A stretch of DNA of 64,000 bases from assembly GCA_029975645.1 (NCBI GenBank), contig JARKOU010000037.1, positions 7,397 through 71,396 of the forward strand, read 5' to 3'. The notes beneath the pieces are model-generated. The model was not told the DNA's origin. It searched no databases and saw nothing but the letters and a program-made list of their open reading frames with translations. This DNA comes from Actinomycetales bacterium (GTDB lineage Bacteria; Actinomycetota; Actinomycetes; Actinomycetales; JAHECE01). The position numbers were made by a program, and so were the translations under genes. This document shows positions 1 through 8,866 of the stretch, in pieces (the stretch's first letter is position 1; every line of letters begins with the position of its first letter).

Positions 1-1824
1 CACGTGCAGCGGCGGGGCGAAGACGACGCCGTGATCCGTGGCCTCCGTGCGCAGGGAGCAGTCGTACTGCTTGGCGCAGCCGCACTTGAGGCAGCGGGCC
101 GCCTCCGCGCGGGCCTGCTCCTCGGTGAGGCCCAGTTCCACCTCGACGAAACCGCCGAGACGCTCGGTCACCGGGATCTCGGCCATCCGCGCGCGACCCA
201 GGTGGGGCCGCTCCTCGAACTCCGCCCGCGGGATGTCCTCGAGCGAGCCACGGCTGCACGCGTAGTCGTCCTGGCTGGGGCGCACGTAGCCGCGGGTGAC
301 GTACTCGTCCATCGCCACGGCCGCGCGCCGCCCGGCGGCGACGGCCTGGATCACCGTGGCCGGTCCGGTGACGCAGTCTCCGCCGGCGAAGATCTTCGAC
401 TCCGAGGACTGCATCGTGTGGCCGTCGACGTCGATGTCGCCCCACGGGTTGAGGCGCACCGGGAGGTCGTTGTAGAGGAAGCCGGTGTCCGTGCTCTGGC
501 CGATCGCCCCGATGACCGTGTCCGCCTCGAGGACGAAGTCGCTGCCGTCGATCGGCAGCGGACGACGGCGCCCGGACCGGTCCGGCTCGCCCAGCTCCAT
601 CCGCAGGCAGTGCAGGTGCTTGCGGGCGCCGTCGGACGTGATCCGCTCCGGCGAGGTGAGGAAGACCATCTCGACGCCCTCGTGCAGCGCCTCCGCCACC
701 TCGACCGCCTGCGCCGGCATCTCGTCCCGGGTGCGCCGGTAGACCAGTTTCACGCTTCGGGCACCCTGGCGCAGCGCCGTGCGCGCGCAGTCGATCGCCG
801 TGTTGCCACCGCCGATCACCAGGACGGTCTCCCCGAGGGGGACGTCCGCTCCGCGGGCCACCTGCTCGAGGTACTGGATGCCCAGCCAGACGCCGTCGGT
901 GTTCTCGCCGTCGATCCGCAGCGGCGTGGCGCGCCACGAACCGATGGCGAGGTAGACGGCGTCGAAGTCGCGCTTGAGGTCCTCGAGGTTGAGGTGGACG
1001 CCCAGCGCCCGACCCGTGACGATGCGGACGCCGAGCGACTCGATCAGGGCGATCTCGGAATCGAGCGTGGGCTTGGGCAGGCGGTAGGCCGGGATGCCGT
1101 AGCGCATCATCCCGCCGGGGCGGGGCTGCTTCTCGAACACGGTGACCGTGTGGCCGGCGACCGCCGCGTAGTACGCGGCGGCCAGGCCCGACGGACCGGC
1201 GCCGACGACGGCGATCCGCTTGCCCGTGCGCGCCCCCAGCCGGGGCGTCCACGACTCCTCGCGGTTGCGGTCCCAGTCCGCGGCGAACCGCTTGACGTGG
1301 TTGATCGCCACGGCCTCGTCCACGAGGCTGCGGCGGCACTCGGCCTCGCAGGGGTGCGGGCACACGCGGCCGCACACCGACGGGAACGGGTTGCGGTCCT
1401 TGATCACGTGGACGGCGGCCTCGAAATTCCCGTCTGCCACGTGGCTGAGGTAGGTCTGGATGTCGATGTTCGCCGGGCAGGTCTGCACGCAGGGGGCCAC
1501 GCAGTCGGCGTTGTGGTCGCACAGCAGCTGCTGGAGGCGGACCTTGCGGTACTCGACCAGCCGGGGAGTGTGGGTCCGGATCACCATGCCCGGCCGGACC
1601 GGGGTGAGGCATGCCTTGACGTCACGCGGGTTCTCGGCGCCCGCCTCCACCACGCAGAGGCCGCAGTTCCCGTTGGACCGCTTCAACCGGATGTCGTGGC
1701 ACAGCGACGGGACGTCGATGCCCTCCATGACCAGCGCCTGCAGGATCGTGACGCCGCCGTAGACCTCGATCTCGCGGTTGTCGACCGTGATCGTGAAGCG
1801 GTCGCTCGGGGAGAGTTCGCGCAC
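1..1824 (-). CDS. 2Fe-2S ferredoxin domain fused to GltD-like (glutamate synthase small-subunit family) FAD/NAD(P)-dependent oxidoreductase; C-terminus runs off the left edge
   Basis: Absent from the ORF track (no stop in window). Reverse translation from GTG at 1824 (SD AAGGGAGG upstream) gives VRELSPSDRFTITVDNREIEVYGGVTILQALVMEGIDVPSLCHD..NGNCGLCVVE (2Fe-2S), CDHNADCVAPCVQTCPANIDIQ (GltD-type Fe-S) and KRIAVVGAGPSGLAAAY (Rossmann). It stays open in frame to position 1. The + ORF 4..1980 is its shadow. Confidence 0.8.
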   Translation of the reverse strand, partial: MRELSPSDRFTITVDNREIEVYGGVTILQALVMEGIDVPSLCHDIRLKRSNGNCGLCVVEAGAENPRDVKACLTPVRPGMVIRTHTPRLVEYRKVRLQQLLCDHNADCVAPCVQTCPANIDIQTYLSHVADGNFEAAVHVIKDRNPFPSVCGRVCPHPCEAECRRSLVDEAVAINHVKRFAADWDRNREESWTPRLGARTGKRIAVVGAGPSGLAAAYYAAVAGHTVTVFEKQPRPGGMMRYGIPAYRLPKPTLDSEIALIESLGVRIVTGRALGVHLNLEDLKRDFDAVYLAIGSWRATPLRIDGENTDGVWLGIQYLEQVARGADVPLGETVLVIGGGNTAIDCARTALRQGARSVKLVYRRTRDEMPAQAVEVAEALHEGVEMVFLTSPERITSDGARKHLHCLRMELGEPDRSGRRRPLPIDGSDFVLEADTVIGAIGQSTDTGFLYNDLPVRLNPWGDIDVDGHTMQSSESKIFAGGDCVTGPATVIQAVAAGRRAAVAMDEYVTRGYVRPSQDDYACSRGSLEDIPRAEFEERPHLGRARMAEIPVTERLGGFVEVELGLTEEQARAEAARCLKCGCAKQYDCSLRTEATDHGVVFAPPLHV

Positions 1825-1940
1825 GTCCGGGCCTCCCTTGGTGTGTGCCGGCTCCGCCGCCACCGTACGGGCGCCCGGAGGCCCGGAGTCCGGACCTCAG
1901 GCCCAGGCTCCGGGCCCCCGGCCCGGACCTCCTCACGCGG

Positions 1941-4079
1941 TCAGGCCACCTGCCCCGAGGGATCGGCGGAGAGGTCGTAGAGCGTCACGCCGTCCACCGT
2001 GGTGGCCGTGAAGTTCTGCTCCACCCAGGCGGCGATCGCCTGGGCGGCGTCGCTCCCGCCCATGGCCTGGCCGCCCATTCCCTGGCCGCCGGCGATGAAG
2101 TAGTGGACCTTCCCCTCCGCCACGTACTCCTGGAACTGCTCGAGCGTGGGCGAGGGGTCGGAGCCGTTGAACCCGCCGATCGGCATGACCGACTCCTGCG
2201 TCGCCAACTGGTAGCCGGCCGCGTTGTTCGCGCCGACCGTCGCCGCGACCCACGTGTAGGAGTCGGCGTCCTCGAGGAGGAGGGCGGTGAGCTCCTCGCT
2301 CGGGGCCGTCGCGTCCAGGAGTCCGCCCATCGCGCCCGGCGTCGTCCCGCCCTGGGCGCGACCGTCCTGGCCCAGGCCGGTGACCGACCCAGCGCCGCCC
2401 GGGAGGGTGCCGCCGTTCGGCGGGCCACCGGGGGCCTGGCCGAGCGCCTGACCACCCTGCGCCTGACCGCCCTGCGCCTGACCGCCGAACGCCTGGCCAC
2501 CGGGCGCCTGGGCCTGTCCGGGGAAGCCACCGCGTGCGCCGCCCGGGCCGCCGGTCCCGCCGGCGACCGTCGGGCCGGCGGTGACGATCGAGCCCGTGTG
2601 AGCCGTGCTCACGGTCTGCAGCGTGTACGCCGTCGGGCCGGCCAGCCCGGCGATCACGGCGAGCGCCGCGCCCGTCCGCCACAGCACGCGGCGGTTCCGA
2701 CGCACCGCGCGAGCCACGAGGAGCAGCGCCGAGGCGGCGACACCCACCACCAGGACCGCCCCGCGCAGCCACGGCACGAACTCCGGGCTGCGGCCGAGGA
2801 GCACACTCGCCCAGATCGCGCTGCCGAGCGTGGTCGCCGCGAGCAGAGCGGTGGCCCACCAGGCGCCGCGGGCCCGCCACAGGGCGACCGCGCCGATCCC
2901 CACCAGGGCCGCGATCGCCGGGGCCAGCGCCACGGTGTAGTACGCGTGGAAGATGCCGGCCATCAGGCTGAACACGAGCCCGGTGACCATGAGCCAGGAA
3001 CCCCAGACGATCACGGCGGCGCGGGTGGGGTCCGTCCGCGGTGCCGTGCGCCGCAGCCACAGGGTGGCCGCTCCGAGGACCAGCGCGGCCGGGAGGAGCC
3101 AGGCGACCTGCCCGCCGATCTCGGCATTCACGAGCCGGAGGAGGCCCGTCTCCCCCCACATGCCGCCGGCACCGCCGGGCCCGGCTCCGCCGCCCACGGA
3201 TCCCGTCTCGTCTCCCGTGATCCGGCCGAGGCCGTTGTAGCCGAAGGTCAGCTCCAGGAAGCTGTTGGTCTGGGAGCCGCCGATGTAGGGCCGCACGGAC
3301 TCGGGCACGAGTTCCACGACCGCCACCCACCAACCGCCCGCGACCACCATCGCGGCGAAGGCGATCAGGAGGTCGCGCACCCGCCTGCCGAACGTCGTCG
3401 GCGCGGCGATCGCGTACGCAAGGACGAAGCCCGGGAGCACCAGGAACGCCTGCAGTTGCTTGGTGAGGAAGCCGAACCCGATGAGGACGCCGGCGAGGAC
3501 CAGCCAGCGCAGCCGCGCGCGTTCGATCGCACGCACCGTCGCGTACGCGGCGCCGACCATCAGCAGGACGAGCAGCGCGTCCGGGTTGTTGAACCGGAAC
3601 ATCAGCGCGGCGACCGGGGTCACCGCGAGGACCGCACCCGCGAGCAGGCCCGCGCGCGGGCCGGAGTGCCGGCGCACAGCCGCATAGAGCAGCCACACGC
3701 TCGCCACGCCCATGAGCGCCTGCGGCACGAGGATCGACGCCGAGGAGAGCCCGAAGACCCGCACCGAGAGGGCCATGACCCACAGCGCCGCCGGTGGCTT
3801 GTCCACCGTGATGGAGCCCGCGGCGTCGGACGCACCGTAGAAGAAGGCCGTCCAGCTCTCCGATCCCGCCTGCACGGCGGCCGAGTAGAAGGCGTTCGCC
3901 CAGCCCGATGCCGTGAGGTTCCACAGGTAGAGGACCGCGGTGCCGACCAGCAGCGCGACGAGCGCCACGCGATCCCACGCGGTTCGGCTCCGGCTCTCGG
4001 CCTCGGGCGGGACGGGCCCGACGGCGATCGGCGGCTGCGGCTCGCGGCTGAGGGGCCCGCGGCTGAGGGTCGTGGTCAT
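1941..4079 (-). CDS. Glycosyltransferase family 39 (ArnT/PMT-like polyprenol-phosphate-sugar dependent membrane glycosyltransferase) with Gly/Gln-rich linker and C-terminal extracytoplasmic domain
   Basis: Inner part of ORF 1941..4814. The ATG at 4079 overlaps the upstream stop (ATGA). Sequence reads MTTTLSRG..LYLWNLTASGWANAFYSAAVQAG..VDKPPAALWVMALS, followed by many TM helices. Confidence 0.8.
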   Translation of the reverse strand: MTTTLSRGPLSREPQPPIAVGPVPPEAESRSRTAWDRVALVALLVGTAVLYLWNLTASGWANAFYSAAVQAGSESWTAFFYGASDAAGSITVDKPPAALWVMALSVRVFGLSSASILVPQALMGVASVWLLYAAVRRHSGPRAGLLAGAVLAVTPVAALMFRFNNPDALLVLLMVGAAYATVRAIERARLRWLVLAGVLIGFGFLTKQLQAFLVLPGFVLAYAIAAPTTFGRRVRDLLIAFAAMVVAGGWWVAVVELVPESVRPYIGGSQTNSFLELTFGYNGLGRITGDETGSVGGGAGPGGAGGMWGETGLLRLVNAEIGGQVAWLLPAALVLGAATLWLRRTAPRTDPTRAAVIVWGSWLMVTGLVFSLMAGIFHAYYTVALAPAIAALVGIGAVALWRARGAWWATALLAATTLGSAIWASVLLGRSPEFVPWLRGAVLVVGVAASALLLVARAVRRNRRVLWRTGAALAVIAGLAGPTAYTLQTVSTAHTGSIVTAGPTVAGGTGGPGGARGGFPGQAQAPGGQAFGGQAQGGQAQGGQALGQAPGGPPNGGTLPGGAGSVTGLGQDGRAQGGTTPGAMGGLLDATAPSEELTALLLEDADSYTWVAATVGANNAAGYQLATQESVMPIGGFNGSDPSPTLEQFQEYVAEGKVHYFIAGGQGMGGQAMGGSDAAQAIAAWVEQNFTATTVDGVTLYDLSADPSGQVA
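2446..2520. repeat. 15-bp tandem repeat x5 (gcctgaccRccctgc), in frame, encoding a GGQAQ-type linker in the GT39 protein
   Basis: Five consecutive 15-nt units read directly at 2446, 2461, 2476, 2491 and 2506. The protein shows GGQAFGGQAQGGQAQGGQALGQ. Confidence 0.85.
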
Positions 4080-5317
4080 GCGTCGGCTCCTTCGTAGGAG
4101 GGGCTGGGGAGAGGGGTCGAGACGTGCGCCGCCCGGAACACCCACCGGCGCAGCAGCACGAACCGCAGGACGGTCGCCGCGAGGTTGGCGGCCACCAGGA
4201 CCGCCAGCTCGACGCCGTGCGGCGCGGCCGGGGCCACCCAGTGCAGGAGGGCGAGCGAGCCCGCGGTGAGGCCCCAGGCGAGGGCGAAGACCACGAGCCC
4301 CTGGCCCTGGTGCCGCAGGGCGTCGTCGCGGCCCCTGATGCCGAAGGTCAGGCGCCGGTTCGCCGCGGTGTTGAGCACCGCCGTCGTGAGCAGGGCGAGC
4401 ACGTTGGCAACCTGCGCATCGACGCCCTGCCGCAGGAGCAGGTAGAGCGCGGCATAGGCCAGCGTCGAGAGGACCCCGACCACCACGAAGCGGGAGAGCT
4501 GGGTCAGCAGCGAGGCCGGCCGTTCCTGCGCCTCGGACTCCCGCACGATCTGGGCGTGCGCCTCCGCCAGGGGAAGGCGCCCCGTGGCGAGGTCGCGCCC
4601 GAGGCGGGCGATCCCCTTGAGGTCGGCTCGAGCCGTCGCCACGAGATCGACGCGGGAGTCCGGGTCGTCCACCCAGTCCACCGGCACCTCGTGGATGCGC
4701 AGGCCCGCCCGCTCGGCGAGCACCAGCATCTCCGTGTCGAAGAACCACTCGGTGTCCGCCACGAGCGGGAGGAGTTCGCGGGCGACGTCGGCCCGGATGG
4801 CCTTGAAACCGCACTGGGCGTCGGAGAAGTGGGCCCGGAGCGCGCCCCGCAGGAGGAGGTTGTACGCCCGCGAGATGACCTCGCGCTTCGGCCCGCGGGT
4901 GACGTGGGAGGAGCGCGTCAGGCGGGAGCCGATCGCGATGTGCGAGTGCCCGGACACCAGCGGTGCGACGAGCGGGAGCAGCGCCGCGAGGTCGGTCGAG
5001 AGGTCGACGTCCATGTACGCCAGCACCTGCGCGTCCGATTCGAGCCAGGCGCGGTGGAGCGCGCGACCCCGTCCCTTCTCCGCGAGGTGGAGAACCCGGA
5101 CGCCGTCGAGGTCACGGGCGAGGACCCGGGCGATCGCGAGGGTGCCGTCCGTGGAGGCGTTGTCGGCGATCGTGAGGCGCGCCGGGTAGGGGAAGGAGTC
5201 CCGCAGGAACGCGTGCACCGTGCGGACCGAGCGTTCGAGGTCCGCCTCCTCGTTGTAGACCGGGATCACGACGTCGAGGACGGGCGGGGGTTCGACTGAG
5301 CGGCTCGTTGCGTCCAT
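4076..5317 (-). CDS. Bifunctional GT2 polyprenol-phosphate glycosyltransferase (DPM1/GtrB-like) fused to a GtrA-like membrane domain
   Basis: VLDVVIPVYNEEADL, IADNASTDGT and DVDLSTD (GT2 DxD region), plus a C-terminal 4-TM segment RFVVVGVLSTLAYAALY..NRRLTF (GtrA family). Its stop overlaps the GT39 start. Confidence 0.85.
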   Translation of the reverse strand: MDATSRSVEPPPVLDVVIPVYNEEADLERSVRTVHAFLRDSFPYPARLTIADNASTDGTLAIARVLARDLDGVRVLHLAEKGRGRALHRAWLESDAQVLAYMDVDLSTDLAALLPLVAPLVSGHSHIAIGSRLTRSSHVTRGPKREVISRAYNLLLRGALRAHFSDAQCGFKAIRADVARELLPLVADTEWFFDTEMLVLAERAGLRIHEVPVDWVDDPDSRVDLVATARADLKGIARLGRDLATGRLPLAEAHAQIVRESEAQERPASLLTQLSRFVVVGVLSTLAYAALYLLLRQGVDAQVANVLALLTTAVLNTAANRRLTFGIRGRDDALRHQGQGLVVFALAWGLTAGSLALLHWVAPAAPHGVELAVLVAANLAATVLRFVLLRRWVFRAAHVSTPLPSPSYEGADA

Positions 5318-5398
5318 GACCGAATCGTCGGGACGACCCCTGGCCGGGAGCGGTGCGCCCCCTGTGCGACGCCTGTGAGACGGCGCGCTACCCGCCGA

Positions 5399-5839
5399 TC
5401 ACGGCAATCGGTCCGTCGGGGCGTCGCGCGCATCGAGGCGGGCCTCGATCGCGGCCAGACGGGCCTCGAGGCCGCGGATCGCGGCAAGGATCTCCGCCTC
5501 GGAGGACGCCTCCCTCGCGTCGCGCGGCTCCTCCTCCTCGCGGACGAACAGTGCCGCCAGGGAGGCGCTCACCATCGCCAGGAGGAGGAACCCCACCACC
5601 ATGAGGAACACGGACAGCGCCGCGCCGGCGTCGGTGGTGGGGGGCGAGCCGATGAACCCGACCGTCGTGATCAGGCTGATGGCCCACCAGAGGCCACGCC
5701 AGTAGGAGTCGACCGTGTCGGTCTCGATGGCGGCGGCAGCACCGGCGGCGACCACCACGAGCACGAGCGCCCCGGTGACCATGGGCCACAGCCAGTTCCG
5801 CCTCGGACGGAGTCCAGACAACCGCATCGCCGACTGCAC
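5399..5839 (-). CDS. Small two-TM potassium-channel family protein (Ion_trans_2-like) with C-terminal coiled coil
   Basis: TM1, then pore helix YWRGLWWAISLITTVGFIGSPP, then TM2, then AEILAAIRGLEARLAAIEARL. The start could be an internal Met. Confidence 0.65.
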   Translation of the reverse strand: MQSAMRLSGLRPRRNWLWPMVTGALVLVVVAAGAAAAIETDTVDSYWRGLWWAISLITTVGFIGSPPTTDAGAALSVFLMVVGFLLLAMVSASLAALFVREEEEPRDAREASSEAEILAAIRGLEARLAAIEARLDARDAPTDRLP

Positions 5840-6023
5840 CCCCTTTCCCGGTCTGGAGCGCTCAGGCCGCCTCGCGGTCCCGGCGCCGTCAGCCCGGAGT
5901 GGTCAGGATAGATCCCGGGCCCGGGACGAGCCCGGGAAACGTCTCCGCCTGCCGGGCCGAGCGGGCGGCCGAACGCCCGCCGGACGGCCTCGCCGCTGAT
6001 GCGCCCCACGAGTTGTCTCCGAC

Positions 6024-7418
6024 GTGACGGACGGAACATCGAAACGATTCGACATCCTGGAGGTCGCGGGCGCATCATCGATATCGATGTCCTCCTCGAC
6101 CCTCACCCTCGCCCGATCGGCCGATGCCGCACCCAGCGTCGCGCCGTCGTCGACCCTCGCCCGCCTGAGCCCCCGGCTCATTGCGCTGCTCGGCCTCACG
6201 ACCGCGCTGGGCGCCGTCTCGACGGACACCTACCTGCCGTCGCTCCCCGCGGTGGCCGAGGACCTCGGGACCACAGCGGCAGCGGCCGCGTTCACGATCT
6301 CCGGCGTGCTCATCGGCGCCGCGGTGGGCCAGTTGCTGATGGGGCCCATCTCCGACCGGTTCGGCCGACGCCGGCCCGCGCTCGCGGGGATCGCGCTGCA
6401 CGTGGTCGCCTCGCTGCTGTGCATGGTGGTGCCGGCGATCGGCTGGCTCATCGCCCTGAGGATGATCCAGGGCGTCGGCAACTCCGCCGCCACGGTCACC
6501 GCGATGGCCGTGATCCGCGACCGCCTCACCGGCGGGCCCGCGGCCCGTGTGCTGTCCCGGCTGATTCTCGTGATCGGCGTGGCCCCCCTGGTCGCCCCCA
6601 CCCTGGGCGGCCTGATCGCCGGGGTTGCGGGGTGGCGGGCCGTGTTCGGCTTCCTCGCCGCGTTCGGCGTCGTGCTCTGGGTGCTCGTCTGGCGGTTCCT
6701 CCCCGAGACGCACGCGGTGGAGCGCCGGACGGCCGGCGGTGTGGGCGTCGCCCTGCGCGGCTACGCCGGACTTCTCCGGGACCGCCGCTTCATGGCCGTC
6801 GCCGTGCTTCCCGGCCTCGCGATGAGCGCGATCATGGCGTACGTCGCCGGAGCGCCCTTCGTGCTCCAAGTCGGGTACGGCCTCACTGAGCAGCAGTTTG
6901 CCCTGATCTTCGCGCTCAACGGCGCCGGCGGGATCATCGCCTCGCAGGTCAACGCGGCGCTCGTGCGCCGCCACGCGCCCGTGCGGATCCTCCGCGTGGC
7001 GCTGCCGGCCGCACTCGCGCTCGCCATCGGCCTGCTCGCCGTCGCCGTGACCGGTGCGGGTGGAATCCTCGGGCTCCTCGTGCCGCTCTGGCTCGTGATG
7101 GCGGCCGTCATGTTCATCCCGGCGAATGCGACGGCGTCGGCCCTCACGATGCACGGCGAGCGGGCGGGGACGGCGGCTGCGCTCATCGGCGCGCTGCAGA
7201 CCGGCACCGCGGGCCTGGTGAGCACGCTGGTGGGACTGCTCGGCGGGGACGCCGTCGCGATGGCGGTCACGATGGTCGGCGCGCTGCTCGTCGCGTCGGC
7301 GGTGCTGGTTCTCGGGACCCCGGCCTACCGCCGGGAGCCGCGCGCGGTCGCCTCCGGCGCGCCTTCCTCGGAACGCCTGGTCACGCGAGAGCCCAGGGTC
7401 GAGGCCGCGTGCTGCTGA
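6024..7418 (+). CDS. MFS transporter, Bcr/CflA drug-resistance subfamily
   Basis: STDTYLPSLPAVAEDLG, GPISDRFGRRRP and RMIQGVGNSAA with a 12-TM pattern. Start uncertain (ATG 6024 or ATG 6087). Confidence 0.8.
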   Translation: MTDGTSKRFDILEVAGASSISMSSSTLTLARSADAAPSVAPSSTLARLSPRLIALLGLTTALGAVSTDTYLPSLPAVAEDLGTTAAAAAFTISGVLIGAAVGQLLMGPISDRFGRRRPALAGIALHVVASLLCMVVPAIGWLIALRMIQGVGNSAATVTAMAVIRDRLTGGPAARVLSRLILVIGVAPLVAPTLGGLIAGVAGWRAVFGFLAAFGVVLWVLVWRFLPETHAVERRTAGGVGVALRGYAGLLRDRRFMAVAVLPGLAMSAIMAYVAGAPFVLQVGYGLTEQQFALIFALNGAGGIIASQVNAALVRRHAPVRILRVALPAALALAIGLLAVAVTGAGGILGLLVPLWLVMAAVMFIPANATASALTMHGERAGTAAALIGALQTGTAGLVSTLVGLLGGDAVAMAVTMVGALLVASAVLVLGTPAYRREPRAVASGAPSSERLVTREPRVEAACC

Positions 7419-7434
7419 CGCTCAGGGGACGGGA

Positions 7435-7500
7435 CTAGCCCAGGGAATCGTCGTCGTCCTCGTCGGTGCCGCCGCGGCCCGTCCAGGGGTACTCGAGCAT
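7435..7500 (-). CDS. Candidate 21-aa small ORF MLEYPWTGRGGTDEDDDDSLG
   Basis: Not in the ORF track (too short). A strong SD (GAGGAGGGGAAG) ends about 4 nt before the ATG at 7500, with a TAG stop at 7435-7437. It follows an AT-rich spacer and hairpin downstream of the reductase gene. No homology recognised. Confidence 0.3.
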   Translation of the reverse strand: MLEYPWTGRGGTDEDDDDSLG

Positions 7501-7576
7501 GGCTCTTCCCCTCCTCACGAAGTGGTAATAGTGAGGCAAAGCGTACGTCGGATGTTCCTCTAGGGGAAGGGGTCGC

Positions 7577-8806
7577 TCAGAGGGCCTTCAGGGGGACTGC
7601 GCCATCGGCGAGGCGGGCAGGATCGACCTTGCGTCCCGAGCGCACGAGCGCCTCGAGCGGCTTGATGGCCCCCCACGTGTTGACGTGCATCCCCGCGACC
7701 ACGCGGCCGGCGCGCAACCAGAACGCGACGAAGTGCAACCCCGGCACGTCGCCACGCAGCACCACCTGGTCGTAGTTGCCCGGCTCGGTGAAGCCCACGT
7801 ACTCCATGCCCAGGTCGTACTGGTCGGTGTAGAAGAACGGCAGCGCGGAGATGGACGCGCGCTGCCCGAGCATCGAGCGCGCCGCCACCGGCCCGTGGTG
7901 CAGGGCGTTCGCCCAGTGCTCCACGCGCAGGCGGCACCCGATCACGGGGTGGTAGGCGTTGGCGACGTCGCCCGCCGCGTAGATGGTCGGGTCCGAGGTG
8001 CGCAGGTGCTCGTCCGCGTAGATGCCGTCGCCCACCTCGAGCCAGGCCTCCTCCGCGAGCACCGTGTCCGGCTGGATCCCGACGCCGACGACGGCGAGGT
8101 CGGCCTCCACGCGCGCGCCGTCGGCCAGTTCCACGGCCTCCAGGGCGCCGTCGCTCCCGCCCAGGAAGCGCGCGACCTGGACCCGGCAGTGCAGGTCCAC
8201 GCCGTGCGCGCGGTGCACGTCCGCGAAGATCCGGGCGACCTCCCGCCCGAGCACCCGCTGGAGCGGGCGCGGCGCCCGTTCCAGCAGCGCCACCTCCAGG
8301 CCCGCGCCGCGCGCCGCGGCGGCCACCTCCAGCCCGATCCACCCGCCGCCGATCACCGCGACCCGGCGGGCGCCGGCCAGGGCGGCCTTGAGGGAATCGG
8401 CGTCGTCGAGGGTGCGGAGGTAGTGGATGCCGGTGAGGTCGGCGCCGGGGAGCGCCAGGCGCTGCGGGCGCGAGCCCGTCGCGAGGAGCAGCGCGTCGTA
8501 GGGCACGCGGGCGCCGTCGGCCAGGACGACGTCGCGCTCCTGCCGGTCGATCGAGACCGCGCGCGCGCCCGTACGCAGGTCGACGTCGTGCTCGGCGTAC
8601 CAGCCCGCGGGGTGGACGAACACGCTCTCGCGCTCCGCCGTGCCCGCGAGGTAGCCCTTCGAGAGCGGTGGGCGCTCGTAGGGGCGGTACGGCTCCTCGC
8701 CCAGGAGGGTCACCGTGCCCTCGAAGCCCTCCGCGCGGAGCGTCTCCACGGCCTTGCCGCCGGCCAGGCCGGCTCCGACGACGACGAACGCGGGTCGCCT
8801 GCTCAT
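7577..8806 (-). CDS. NAD(P)/FAD-dependent ferredoxin reductase (putidaredoxin/rhodocoxin reductase-like)
   Basis: FVVVGAGLAGGKAVETLR, PYERPPLSK, VAVIGGGWIGLEVAAAAR and AAGDVA motifs across the full-length ORF. Confidence 0.85.
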   Translation of the reverse strand: MSRRPAFVVVGAGLAGGKAVETLRAEGFEGTVTLLGEEPYRPYERPPLSKGYLAGTAERESVFVHPAGWYAEHDVDLRTGARAVSIDRQERDVVLADGARVPYDALLLATGSRPQRLALPGADLTGIHYLRTLDDADSLKAALAGARRVAVIGGGWIGLEVAAAARGAGLEVALLERAPRPLQRVLGREVARIFADVHRAHGVDLHCRVQVARFLGGSDGALEAVELADGARVEADLAVVGVGIQPDTVLAEEAWLEVGDGIYADEHLRTSDPTIYAAGDVANAYHPVIGCRLRVEHWANALHHGPVAARSMLGQRASISALPFFYTDQYDLGMEYVGFTEPGNYDQVVLRGDVPGLHFVAFWLRAGRVVAGMHVNTWGAIKPLEALVRSGRKVDPARLADGAVPLKAL

Positions 8807-8866
8807 CGCTCACCGCCTCCTTGCGATGGATCCGAGGAGTCCACTGCACCACGTTCCCCCGCGCGA

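Noticed and set aside
4-1980. 658-aa + strand ORF at the left edge
   Set aside because: The translation is Arg/Ala/Gly/Asp-rich with no motifs. The opposite strand encodes a clear 2Fe-2S/GltD-like oxidoreductase with a good SD and start, so this is an antisense shadow ORF typical of GC-rich DNA.
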